A stretch of DNA of 58,512 nucleotides from IMG/VR virus record IMGVR_UViG_3300037151_000031, positions 1 to 58,512 of that record. One strand, 5' to 3'. This DNA comes from a virus. Lineage: Duplodnaviria; Caudoviricetes. Positions 17,843 through 26,162 of this stretch are shown one piece after another. Under the pieces are notes generated by a model, which saw nothing but the letters and a program-made list of their open reading frames with translations, was not told where the DNA came from and searched no databases. Numbering within the stretch: position 1 is the stretch's first letter; every line of letters starts with the position of its first letter. A program made the translations under genes and the position numbers.

Positions 17843-18802
17843 ATGAAAGCCATGATCACCGGCATCACTGGGCAGGATGGTTCCTATCTCGCCGAGTTCC
17901 TTCTCGAGAAAGGGTACGAAGTCCACGGCATCGTGCGGCGATCATCTTCATTCAATACTGGTCGAATCGACCACATCTACGAGCGGATCAAACTCCATTA
18001 TGGTGATCTTGCCGACTCGACGTCGTTACGCGCGGTCCTCGATGAAGTTCAGCCTGATGAAATCTACAATCTCGCGGCCCAGTCGCATGTTCGCGTGTCC
18101 TTCGACGTGCCCGAGTACACCGCCGACATTACGGCGGTCGGCACGCTGCGTCTTCTCGACGCCATGCGTCGCAGTGGGTCCAGAGCCAGGTTCTACCAGG
18201 CGAGTTCGTCCGAGATGTTCGGTAACGCTCCAGGACCGCAGTCTGAATCCACGCAGTTTCAGCCAGCGAGCCCATACGCGGTTGCGAAGACCTTCGCCTA
18301 CTACACGACGGTCAATTATCGAGATGCGTATCAGATGAACGTCTTCAACGGCATCCTCTTCAACCACGAGAGCCCACGACGCGGCGAGACGTTCGTCACG
18401 CGCAAGATCACGCGCGCGTTCGGGCGCATCAAGCACGGACTTCAAAAGACGCTCACGCTTGGCAATTTGGATGCGTCACGTGACTGGGGCCACGCCAAGG
18501 ATTATGTGCGCGCAATGTGGATGATGCTCCAGGGTGTCCCGCGCGACTATGTCATCGCGACGGGGCGTGCTTATTCGGTGAGATCGTTCCTCGATATTGC
18601 GGCAGAGCGCGCTGGAATCGATTGGCACGAGCACGTGCATCTCGATGCCCGACTCGTTCGACCGAAGGAGGTTGTTTGGCTGTGTGGCGATGCCAGACGT
18701 GCGAAGGACGAGCTTGGATGGAGCCCGTCGATCGAGTTTCGTCAGCTCGTCAACGAGATGGTCGACTCTGACATGAAGCTGGCAGCGGCGGAGGCGGCAT
18801 GA
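17843..18802 (+). CDS. gmd: GDP-mannose 4,6-dehydratase
   Basis: [65 protein letters not shown]. Confidence 0.97.
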   Translation: MKAMITGITGQDGSYLAEFLLEKGYEVHGIVRRSSSFNTGRIDHIYERIKLHYGDLADSTSLRAVLDEVQPDEIYNLAAQSHVRVSFDVPEYTADITAVGTLRLLDAMRRSGSRARFYQASSSEMFGNAPGPQSESTQFQPASPYAVAKTFAYYTTVNYRDAYQMNVFNGILFNHESPRRGETFVTRKITRAFGRIKHGLQKTLTLGNLDASRDWGHAKDYVRAMWMMLQGVPRDYVIATGRAYSVRSFLDIAAERAGIDWHEHVHLDARLVRPKEVVWLCGDARRAKDELGWSPSIEFRQLVNEMVDSDMKLAAAEAA

Positions 18803-18978
18803 CCATCGCTTTCGCGCACGTCCTCTGCCCGGACTGCTTCAAGCGGCTCTGGCCCAACGGGCATGAAGAGAAGTCATGCGCGCACGGGTTCATGGCGGTC
18901 GCCTGTGTCGAGTGCGGCAAGGCACGCAAGCTCGGCGAGAAACCATACTGGCCATGCCTGGGAACGAGGGAGCCATGA
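18799..18978 (+). CDS. small zinc-finger protein (59 aa)
   Basis: CPDC...CAH...CVEC; ATGA overlaps at both ends. Confidence 0.5.
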   Translation: MTIAFAHVLCPDCFKRLWPNGHEEKSCAHGFMAVACVECGKARKLGEKPYWPCLGTREP

Positions 18979-19808
18979 CCGTCGATATCATGATCGCGCA
19001 CGCCGCCTTCGACGTACGGCGGCACGCGCCGTTGACAAGACTGCTCGTCGCACTGGGCGGTCACCCGCTCGTCCTGGCGAGTCAGGAGCGCGTCCACGCG
19101 AACGTGTGGGCGACCGCGCTCTGGAATGCCGTGGCGAGATCGAAGGCCGACACGGTCGTATGCCTGAACGACGACGTCATCCCGCACCCGCAGTTGCGGC
19201 AGCACGTAACGACGCTCGCGGAACTCCTGCCCGACCAGGTGCTGTCGCTGCATCCGCAGTTCCCCGCGATACGAGACGTGGCCAAGGCCGGAGGACGGCT
19301 CGCACGCTGCTACTGGCCGACGGGCCCCGCCATGGCCATGTCCCCAGACTTCGCGCGCGAGCTGCTCGAGTGGCTCAAGACCGTGCCGGAAGGCTGGTTC
19401 GGGAATGACGTGAACGAGGATGGTGCCCTTGCGTCTTTCCTGTGGAGCCGACAGCAGCCCGCGTGGTGCGCGATTCCCGCGCTCGTAAGGCACGACACGA
19501 CGGTGCCGAGCACGCTCCCGGGGTATGACCAGCATCCGCATCGGACCTCGCCGGTGGACTGGGATGACTACCCGCCCCACTGGACCCGCGAGCACGTCGC
19601 CAGCGCTCCGTACACCCCCGTGCCATGGATCTCAGACGACGGGCTACGCAAGCTCGGAGACTCCCTCCGCGGGGTCAGCAAGATGTGCGTGCTGTGCGGC
19701 GCGTATCCAGCCCATCTCTTTCACAAGCGAGGCACCGGACTCTGCGAAGTCTGCGTCCGGAGCCTCATCTTTGCAGCGAAACAGCAGCCCCGCATGGAGG
19801 CACCGTGA
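18975..19808 (+). CDS. putative GT-A glycosyltransferase with C-terminal zinc finger
   Basis: VVCLNDDV, NED, PALVRH; CVLC...CEVC. Confidence 0.6.
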   Translation: MTVDIMIAHAAFDVRRHAPLTRLLVALGGHPLVLASQERVHANVWATALWNAVARSKADTVVCLNDDVIPHPQLRQHVTTLAELLPDQVLSLHPQFPAIRDVAKAGGRLARCYWPTGPAMAMSPDFARELLEWLKTVPEGWFGNDVNEDGALASFLWSRQQPAWCAIPALVRHDTTVPSTLPGYDQHPHRTSPVDWDDYPPHWTREHVASAPYTPVPWISDDGLRKLGDSLRGVSKMCVLCGAYPAHLFHKRGTGLCEVCVRSLIFAAKQQPRMEAP

Positions 19809-20521
19809 CAGCCAAGATCTTCCTCGCCACGCCCACGCACGACGGCAACGTGACTTCGTCATACAGCAACTCTGTCCTGCGGCTCATCGGCTCGCAGACA
19901 TCCTTCTCCGTCGTGTGCGGTCATCGAGTCTATGACAACGACGTCGTGCGCGCGCGCTCGTGGCTCGTGGCCGACTTCCTCGAGGTCGAAGACGCCACGC
20001 ACCTGCTCTTCGTGGATTCTGACTGCGATTTCACTCCAGCCATGGTCGAAGGCATGCTCTCCACGGGTCACGACTTCGTCTGCTGCCCATATCCGAAGAA
20101 GCGGCCAGGGCCAGCGATCTACCCGGGCACGTTCCTCAGCGACAAGCCCGAGGTCGACGCCGAGCACAAGTGCGTCGAGATCGCCGGCTTCGGTCTCGGC
20201 ATGACGCTCCTGTCGCGAAGCATGCTCGAGACGATGGTCTCGTACTACGCGCCGACGCTGACCTTCGGCGACTACCGCAAGGGCCTCGACAAGAAGTCCA
20301 CGTCGGTCGGCATCTTCAACCTCGTGATCGAGAACCCGGGCGAGAACGGTGTCCTTCACTCAGAGGACTACTCGCTTTCGTACCGCTGGAGGGCCATCGG
20401 TGGACGACTCTGGCTCTACCTCGGCGCCGGCGTCTGCGGACACACGGGTACTTGTAGATATACGGGCAGCGTTGATGACTTCAAGAACATGCGAATGCCG
20501 AAAGAGGAGGTCGCACCATGA
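19805..20521 (+). CDS. GT-A glycosyltransferase
   Basis: KIFLATP, VRARSWLV, THLLFVDSD, GFGLGMTLL, SEDYSLSYRWR. Confidence 0.75.
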   Translation: MTAKIFLATPTHDGNVTSSYSNSVLRLIGSQTSFSVVCGHRVYDNDVVRARSWLVADFLEVEDATHLLFVDSDCDFTPAMVEGMLSTGHDFVCCPYPKKRPGPAIYPGTFLSDKPEVDAEHKCVEIAGFGLGMTLLSRSMLETMVSYYAPTLTFGDYRKGLDKKSTSVGIFNLVIENPGENGVLHSEDYSLSYRWRAIGGRLWLYLGAGVCGHTGTCRYTGSVDDFKNMRMPKEEVAP

Positions 20522-20727
20522 AGAACGAGAAGATCGAAACGGCCATCGCGGAGTCGAGGCTTCGACAGGCGGAGCTCATCGCCGCAGTCGAGCAGAACGC
20601 GAATGCGCTGCAGGCGTTCAAGGCCGCAGCCGATGGCCTGGACCGCGCGAAGAGGGCGTCCGCGATTGCAGACGAAGTGCTTGTGAAGACCATCCACGGA
20701 GAAGGGCTGCTCGACTATGGCCAGTAA
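20518..20727 (+). CDS. hypothetical coiled-coil protein
   Basis: GAGGAGG RBS; ATGA overlap. Confidence 0.55.
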   Translation: MKNEKIETAIAESRLRQAELIAAVEQNANALQAFKAAADGLDRAKRASAIADEVLVKTIHGEGLLDYGQ

Positions 20728-20953
20728 GACGTGTCCGATGTGCAAGGGTCAGCGGCTCGTTCTCCGAGACATCGGCGAAGGCCGGAAGAAGCAGACGCAG
20801 TGCAGCCAGTGCCTCGGCATCGGCCAGGTCCACGACCCGAACGCAGCCGAGATCTACAAGGCCGCCGTCGCCGACGTCGAGCGCTGCGAGCAGGAACTCG
20901 CCGGCGCCAGGCTGCGGCTCGAGACCGCGGCGGAAGCGGTGAAGCGTGAGTGA
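20717..20953 (+). CDS. small protein with DnaJ-type CxxCxG motifs
   Basis: CPMCKG...CSQCLGIG. Confidence 0.55.
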   Translation: MASKTCPMCKGQRLVLRDIGEGRKKQTQCSQCLGIGQVHDPNAAEIYKAAVADVERCEQELAGARLRLETAAEAVKRE

Positions 20954-21494
20954 AGCTAACGCAGTGAATACGAGGCGGCCACAACGAGCGATTGAGCAGC
21001 AGTGAAAACGAAAGCGGACCAACGAGCGACTTCTGCGCAGTGAAAACGAGCGAACCAGAGCGAGCGAAGCCACAACAGTGAATGCGAACGTTCAACAGCG
21101 AGCGATCACCGGCCAGTAAAAACGACGAAAGCACAGCGAGCGAAGGTTCCCCAGTGAAACGAGAGCCCGACAGCGAGCGAGATCGAGAACCAGTGAAAAC
21201 GAGAGTGCTCCAACGAGCGAGTCTTGTGCAGTGAAAACGAAGAAGATGCAGCGAGCGAAGATAAGAGAACGAGAGCGATAAGAAGACAGCGAGCGACCGT
21301 GCCGCAGTGAAACGAGACGGAAGCAACGAGCGAAGCACCGCCAACGAAGAGACAGGACCTCAGCGAGCGAGCAGCAGTGAAAACGACGAAGGAGTAGCGA
21401 GCGAGCCTCGTGCAGTGGAAACGACGAAGGAGCAGCGAAGAAGCTGACAGCGTGCGAAAGCTTTGCAGTGAACGCGAAGGTAGAGCAGCGAGCG
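20954..21494 (+). ncRNA. dual-repeat guide-like array 1 (TIGR-like), about 14 units of 38 nt
   Basis: Alternating CAGTGAAAACGA and CA(G/A)CGAGCGA separated by 8-nt variable spacers; the 12-mer starts at 20962, 21000, 21038, 21076, 21114, 21152, 21191, 21229, (21267), 21305. Confidence 0.85.
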
Positions 21495-21518
21495 CACACA
21501 CCACCAGGAGAGCGAAAC

Positions 21519-22028
21519 ATGGCGAACCAAGCAGATGTGATTCCGATGGGCCGGCTTGCAGAATCGGCGACACGCATCAAGGCCGCGATGAGGGCAGGCG
21601 ACACCGGCTACGCGATGATCGCGCACGAGGTCGTCAGCATCGAGCAACGATGGGACATCCTGAAGGGAGAGGCCGAAGGGCGGTCCATCCATCGATGGAT
21701 CAAGGAAGAGATCGGCACGAAGGACCTGGCGTGGTGGCGGCGTCTCGCGAGTGGCGTGACGCGCCTGTCCAGGCATGTCGCGGCGCACTTCTCGACGCAG
21801 GCGATCTTCTGGCTGACGCAGAGCGTGCCAGAGCGCTACCTCGACGAGGTGCGTGACGCTTCGCTCGCGCTGCAACGACGCGAGAAGCAGCCTTCGCCCG
21901 TGACGCTCGCCCAGGCGAAGCGGATGGGGAAGACGATCCTGCCAGCCCACCCGAAGGTCGACGGCTGCGCAGACTGCGAGGCCCTCCGCGCACAGGTGCG
22001 GGAGATGGGGGGCGAACCGAGAGTGTGA
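21519..22028 (+). CDS. hypothetical protein between the two arrays
   Basis: AGGAG RBS; helical, with C-terminal CADC. Confidence 0.7.
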   Translation: MANQADVIPMGRLAESATRIKAAMRAGDTGYAMIAHEVVSIEQRWDILKGEAEGRSIHRWIKEEIGTKDLAWWRRLASGVTRLSRHVAAHFSTQAIFWLTQSVPERYLDEVRDASLALQRREKQPSPVTLAQAKRMGKTILPAHPKVDGCADCEALRAQVREMGGEPRV

Positions 22029-22282
22029 AAATTGACCAGTGAATACGAGGCGGCCACAACGAGCGATCGAGCAGCAGTGAAAACGACGAAGGACCAGCGA
22101 GCGACCGCAGAACAGTGAAAACGAAGAAGACGCAGCGAGCGATTCATGCGCAGCGAATGCGAAGTGCGGGCAGCGAGCGAGGTTCGCCCAGTGAAAACGA
22201 GTCTGAGACAGCGAGCGCGCATGCGAAGAATGCACAGCGCGCGATACTCCTAGAGTGAAGACGACGATGTAGCAGCGAGTGA
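22029..22282 (+). ncRNA. dual-repeat guide-like array 2 (TIGR-like), about 7 units
   Basis: Same repeats; the 12-mer starts at 22037, 22075, 22113, 22151, 22189 (38-nt period). Confidence 0.85.
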
Positions 22283-22309
22283 CCCACCACAACCGAAAGG
22301 ACAACGACC

Positions 22310-23440
22310 ATGAGCATCGAAGAAGCAGTGAACATGCTGGCCCCGAAGAAGCGAACGCGGGTCGCGCGAAAGGTGATGCCGGACGCGCCGGTGATTCCCG
22401 TGCATGAGGAGCCTCGCAAGGAGCTGCGACGTCTCGTCGGCATGCACGCACGGTGGACCCGTGAAGCGCGGACCTTCGGGCAGATGGTCGGGCCGATCCC
22501 GATCTTCCCCTCCGATGGCAAGCCGGTCATCGAGAAGGGGAAGCTTCCGAAACGTCCGACGGACAAGGACCCGGTCACCGTCGTTGCCATCAAGGCGGCG
22601 CAGAAGCAGCTCCAGCATGCCGCGGGCGAACTGGAGAAGGCGATGGTCGCCGAACTGAAGAAGCTTCCCGTCTTCAATCTCTTCCTCGACCGCGTCTACG
22701 GCATCGGCCCGGTCGTCGCTGCATACATCGCGGCAAACGTGGACATCAGCCGCGCGTGGCAGCCCAGCAAGCTGGCGAGATACTTCGGCAACACCCCAGG
22801 GCCATCGGGCCGCATGGAGCGAAGGGTCGCGGGTAGCGCGCCGAAGTATGCGCCGAACGGAGAACTCGACAGCGCGCGCGGCGGCTCCCCCAACGACACG
22901 ATGAGGACCATCCTCTGGCAGGGCATGGTCGCGATGCGAAAGAACTCGGCCAAGTTCACCAGGTGCGCAGCGCACGATGCAGCCTGGGGCGAACTGAAGC
23001 CAGCCGACAGAGCAGCCTTCCGTCGCGAGAAGTGCGCAGAGTGCCCCGAGTGCGCGAAGACCGCCTCCCCGTTCGGCCAGACGTCGAAGTACCTGGATCG
23101 CTGGGCAGAGTCACTCCACGCGAGCCGGACCATGCCGTACGTGAACCCAGACGGGAAGCCGACGAACATCGACAAGAAGGGCCGCATGAAGGCGGCCGAC
23201 GTCTTCATTCACGACCTCTACATGATCATGCGCGCCATCGACGGGCTCGACGTTTTCCCGACGTATGCGACCGTGAAGCGAGATCGAGAGCATGGGATGA
23301 ACGGCCCAGTGAACAACGGCCAAGGCGCCAAGATGTCCGTCGACGAAGCTCTCGCCATGATCGGCGAGGTGGGCAAGCGGCCAGCCACCCGCTTCATGTT
23401 TGATGCCGATGTGGAAGAGGAGGATGGCGATGACGAGTAA
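22310..23440 (+). CDS. Nop-domain / IS110-C-terminal-like protein without nuclease domain (TasA-like)
   Basis: Coiled coil, then LDRVYGIGPVVAAYIAANVDISRAWQPSKLARYFG (Transposase_20/Nop-like) and VFIHDLYMIMRAIDGLDVFPTY; no N-terminal DEDD RuvC; adjacent to the arrays. Confidence 0.75.
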   Translation: MSIEEAVNMLAPKKRTRVARKVMPDAPVIPVHEEPRKELRRLVGMHARWTREARTFGQMVGPIPIFPSDGKPVIEKGKLPKRPTDKDPVTVVAIKAAQKQLQHAAGELEKAMVAELKKLPVFNLFLDRVYGIGPVVAAYIAANVDISRAWQPSKLARYFGNTPGPSGRMERRVAGSAPKYAPNGELDSARGGSPNDTMRTILWQGMVAMRKNSAKFTRCAAHDAAWGELKPADRAAFRREKCAECPECAKTASPFGQTSKYLDRWAESLHASRTMPYVNPDGKPTNIDKKGRMKAADVFIHDLYMIMRAIDGLDVFPTYATVKRDREHGMNGPVNNGQGAKMSVDEALAMIGEVGKRPATRFMFDADVEEEDGDDE

Positions 23441-23819
23441 GCGAAAGCCAGTGCGGACGTTGACATGCCGACTCTGCGGGGAGCGCAAGGTAAGTGCCAG
23501 TGAAGGTCCGTGCGCCTCGTGCCAGGAATTGGGAAGCTTCCGGAGCGCTACCCATGACGCGTGCCGCATGGCGGCGCTATACAAGATGTACCTGGACTCG
23601 TATCGAGGATGGAGTCCTGGGACTACACACGTCGAGGAGTCGATCGCCTGTGCTCTGGGCGTGATGTATTCGCGCCGTGATAAGCACAGGGGAGCGGTTC
23701 TTCTGCCAGAGGACCTGGTCGCCAGGGTCGACCAGGCATTGCCGAAGGCGCCTCTCGCCCGTCTCGCGTGCATTCGTGGCAGCTATGAGAAAGCGAAGGC
23801 GGAGCCAAGTGACGGCTGA
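23430..23819 (+). CDS. hypothetical zinc-finger protein
   Basis: CRLC...CASC. Confidence 0.55.
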   Translation: MTSKRKPVRTLTCRLCGERKVSASEGPCASCQELGSFRSATHDACRMAALYKMYLDSYRGWSPGTTHVEESIACALGVMYSRRDKHRGAVLLPEDLVARVDQALPKAPLARLACIRGSYEKAKAEPSDG

Positions 23820-24738
23820 AGTCGGGAAGTGGAATCCGCAGCTTCACGCCGAGTACAGAGCAATGCCAGAGGGCAGCCGAAAGCGTGCGCTCGCTGGGAG
23901 GATCATTCGAGAGAATGAGCCGCTAATCAAGACGATCGTGAATCAACTCATCAATAAAGGCGCGCCGACCACTCGCAGGAAGAGCGCCGCCGCACGCATG
24001 GGAGGTTGCCAAGGACTAGGCGAAATTGAATGGGAAGACGCAATGCAAGCGGGCCGAATTGCGATGCTGAAAGCGATCGGTAGTTTCGATCCATCGAAAG
24101 GAAAGATCGCTTTCCACTTCCTGATGCAGGTGCGGTACCAGTTACAAAAAATCGAGACGTTCGAGCTCCACCTTGCCCGGAGCCCGCAGGGCAAGGCGGA
24201 CCAGCGGCCGAAGCTCGGGTTGGTCGGGATGCCTGCGACGAGCGAGGAGCACTCGGCGAGCTCGACGGAGTGGGGGTACGTGAACGCGACGACGGACCTG
24301 GGGGAGATGCTGCCGAGCATGACGCCGACGGGGTCGCATGATCGGCTCGGGGTCGTCGCCGAGGGGGTCGACTGGGTCGGGGGCGTGGAGGGGGTGACGC
24401 CGGAGCTCTTGGCGGAGTGGGAGGAGACCGGGGAGTGGCCGGACAGCGTCGAGGCCTTCGTCGAGGCGAGGAAGCCGGCGGTCGTCTACAGCATCCCGAA
24501 GCCGGCGTTGACCGGGTGGAGTCTGTTCCTGGGCAAGGTGAAGCTCGCGGTGTCGGGGCGAGTGGGCGCGGCGAAGGCGTTTCAGGTCTACGCCATGGGG
24601 TGCGCGGAGCTCGGGGAGCGCTGGCTACCAAGAGCGGCCTTCTTCAAGGCTCTCGAGCCGAAGCTGGTCAGGCAGATCACGATCGGAAGCGGCTACAAGT
24701 CAGAGAAGGGGCTGGCAGGTCTTAGGCTGGTCGCGTGA
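23809..24738 (+). CDS. sigma-70 region 2-containing transcription factor with atypical C-terminus
   Basis: IIRENEPLIKTIV...EDAMQAGRIAMLKAIGSFDPSKG is sigma region 2-like. Confidence 0.7.
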   Translation: MTAEVGKWNPQLHAEYRAMPEGSRKRALAGRIIRENEPLIKTIVNQLINKGAPTTRRKSAAARMGGCQGLGEIEWEDAMQAGRIAMLKAIGSFDPSKGKIAFHFLMQVRYQLQKIETFELHLARSPQGKADQRPKLGLVGMPATSEEHSASSTEWGYVNATTDLGEMLPSMTPTGSHDRLGVVAEGVDWVGGVEGVTPELLAEWEETGEWPDSVEAFVEARKPAVVYSIPKPALTGWSLFLGKVKLAVSGRVGAAKAFQVYAMGCAELGERWLPRAAFFKALEPKLVRQITIGSGYKSEKGLAGLRLVA

Positions 24739-24784
24739 TCGCAGCACAAAATACCATGCACTACCTTCGCGGCCGAGGTGCAAG

Positions 24785-24994
24785 ATGGTAGCTAAGAAGA
24801 CGCCCAAGATGACCGCGCCAAAGAAGAGGCTTCTCTCCCACATCGACCGGGCCAAGCTGGTCGTGGAGACGTCCTGCGCGGAGCGGACGATCAAACGATG
24901 GGAGGACGGCGACCCCGTAACGGCCGCGACCGCGATCCGGCTGAAGAAAGCGGCGCGCAAGCTGGGTATCCCCATACCCGAGGCGAGGGCGTGA
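24785..24994 (+). CDS. small HTH protein
   Basis: RAKLVVETSCAERTIKRWEDG. Confidence 0.55.
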   Translation: MVAKKTPKMTAPKKRLLSHIDRAKLVVETSCAERTIKRWEDGDPVTAATAIRLKKAARKLGIPIPEARA

Positions 24995-25036
24995 CGTACG
25001 GATGAAACTGCCCGGCGCTCTTACGGAGCCCGGGCT

Positions 25037-25402
25037 TTGACCAGCACCATGCGAGGGATGCCGATGAGGAAGACTACACCGAAGCGCAGGGCCGTGAAGA
25101 CCAAGGATTTGACGAATAAGACGGAAGAAACCGCGCTGATTCCGCTCACCGTGTGCGGGCACCAGTTTCCAGTGCTGCTAGACGACGACGGGGAGGAGCA
25201 CGTCAAGGTGGCCGACCTTTGCGCTCCATCGCCGGCGGAACAGGTCGCGAGGATGCGCCTCGCTGTCTGCGCCCCCGAGATGGCGAGGCTTCTCCTCTCC
25301 ATGCTCGCGGACAACGAGGCAGCATTCCAGCGTAGCGACCCCGGTGGCTTCGATTCGTACCCAGTCCAGGCGCTCCTTCGGAAAGCCGGCGCGCTTCCGT
25401 AG
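25037..25402 (+). CDS. hypothetical protein
   Basis: ARMRLAVCAPEMARLL resembles the common phage A.LIAAAPEL motif; start uncertain. Confidence 0.55.
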   Translation: MTSTMRGMPMRKTTPKRRAVKTKDLTNKTEETALIPLTVCGHQFPVLLDDDGEEHVKVADLCAPSPAEQVARMRLAVCAPEMARLLLSMLADNEAAFQRSDPGGFDSYPVQALLRKAGALP

Positions 25403-25407
25403 TCCAT

Positions 25408-25809
25408 CTAGCCGTCGACGAACATCCAGTCCTCGATAAGCTGCGAGACCGTCTTCCCCTCCCGTTCGGCCCGGGCCTCGAGCCGCCGGATGGCCTCGGG
25501 CAGGAGCCGCAGGGACCGGAGCTTCCGTGAGCGCTTGGACTCCGGCGTCTTGCCGCTGGGGCCGCTCGGGGACGGGCGCTTGAACCCGTGGGCGCGCAGC
25601 CAGCGCCAGAGCGGGGAGTCGACGTCGTACTGCCGGCCGAGTTCGCGGTATGTTCGAGTGTCGACGAGGAAGCCGTAGCCGTCCTGCAGCACCATCTGCC
25701 CGTTGACGTCGTTCACGTACAGACGCTGCTTCTTCCGTGGCCCCGAGGTGATGGCGAAGCTGTCGGAGAGACCCGCGGCGAGGCGTGCCTTGTGGCCGGC
25801 TTCGGTCAT
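25408..25809 (-). CDS. protein with C-terminal ribbon-helix-helix
   Basis: SLRLLPEAIRRLEARAEREGKTVSQLIE; GGGGAG RBS. Confidence 0.65.
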   Translation of the reverse strand: MTEAGHKARLAAGLSDSFAITSGPRKKQRLYVNDVNGQMVLQDGYGFLVDTRTYRELGRQYDVDSPLWRWLRAHGFKRPSPSGPSGKTPESKRSRKLRSLRLLPEAIRRLEARAEREGKTVSQLIEDWMFVDG

Positions 25810-25947
25810 GGCTCCCCCTTGGAGCCAAAGGAGAAAACGTCGGCGACGGTCGGGACGATCATGGCCGCACGTCCGACAGCACGGCGAGGAGCGCTTTCGC
25901 GTGATCTACGTCGCGAGAGGTGATCAGCATCACCATCCCGTCGTCGC

Positions 25948-26088
25948 TCACGCGGTGAATGCTGCACATTCCGTCGAGGCATTCGCGTCGCGCTCGCTTC
26001 GGAAGCGACGGATCACGGTCCCGTCCCCCGCGGGGCCTTCGCCTTCGGTGTCGTACAGCACTTCCCAGACTTTGATCGTGCGAGCCAT
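25948..26088 (-). CDS. small hypothetical protein
   Basis: AAAGGA RBS; MARTIKVWEVLY. Confidence 0.45.
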   Translation of the reverse strand: MARTIKVWEVLYDTEGEGPAGDGTVIRRFRSERDANASTECAAFTA

Positions 26089-26162
26089 GCGTGTGTTCCT
26101 TTCGTGTGGTGTGGTGATGCGATTGCCTGCGCCCCCCCCGAAGGGGGGCACAAGCCAACGCG

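Noticed and set aside
15937-17868. 643-aa minus-strand ORF over the IS
   Set aside because: Overlaps well-supported tnpA and tnpB with no motifs; a high-GC shadow ORF.
20954-22282. CRISPR array
   Set aside because: The repeats are 10-12 nt of two alternating types with 8-nt spacers, far from CRISPR geometry, and there is no cas operon. The Cas4-like gene belongs to the recombination module.
20618-22451. Minus-strand ORFs across the arrays (for example 20715-21344, 21092-21604, 21360-22451)
   Set aside because: They are low-complexity translations of the 38-nt repeat, which is not a multiple of 3, and run against the operon.
22310-23440. Active IS110 transposase with bridge RNA
   Set aside because: No N-terminal DEDD RuvC domain and no element boundaries are visible; the adjacent non-coding DNA is a multi-unit array.
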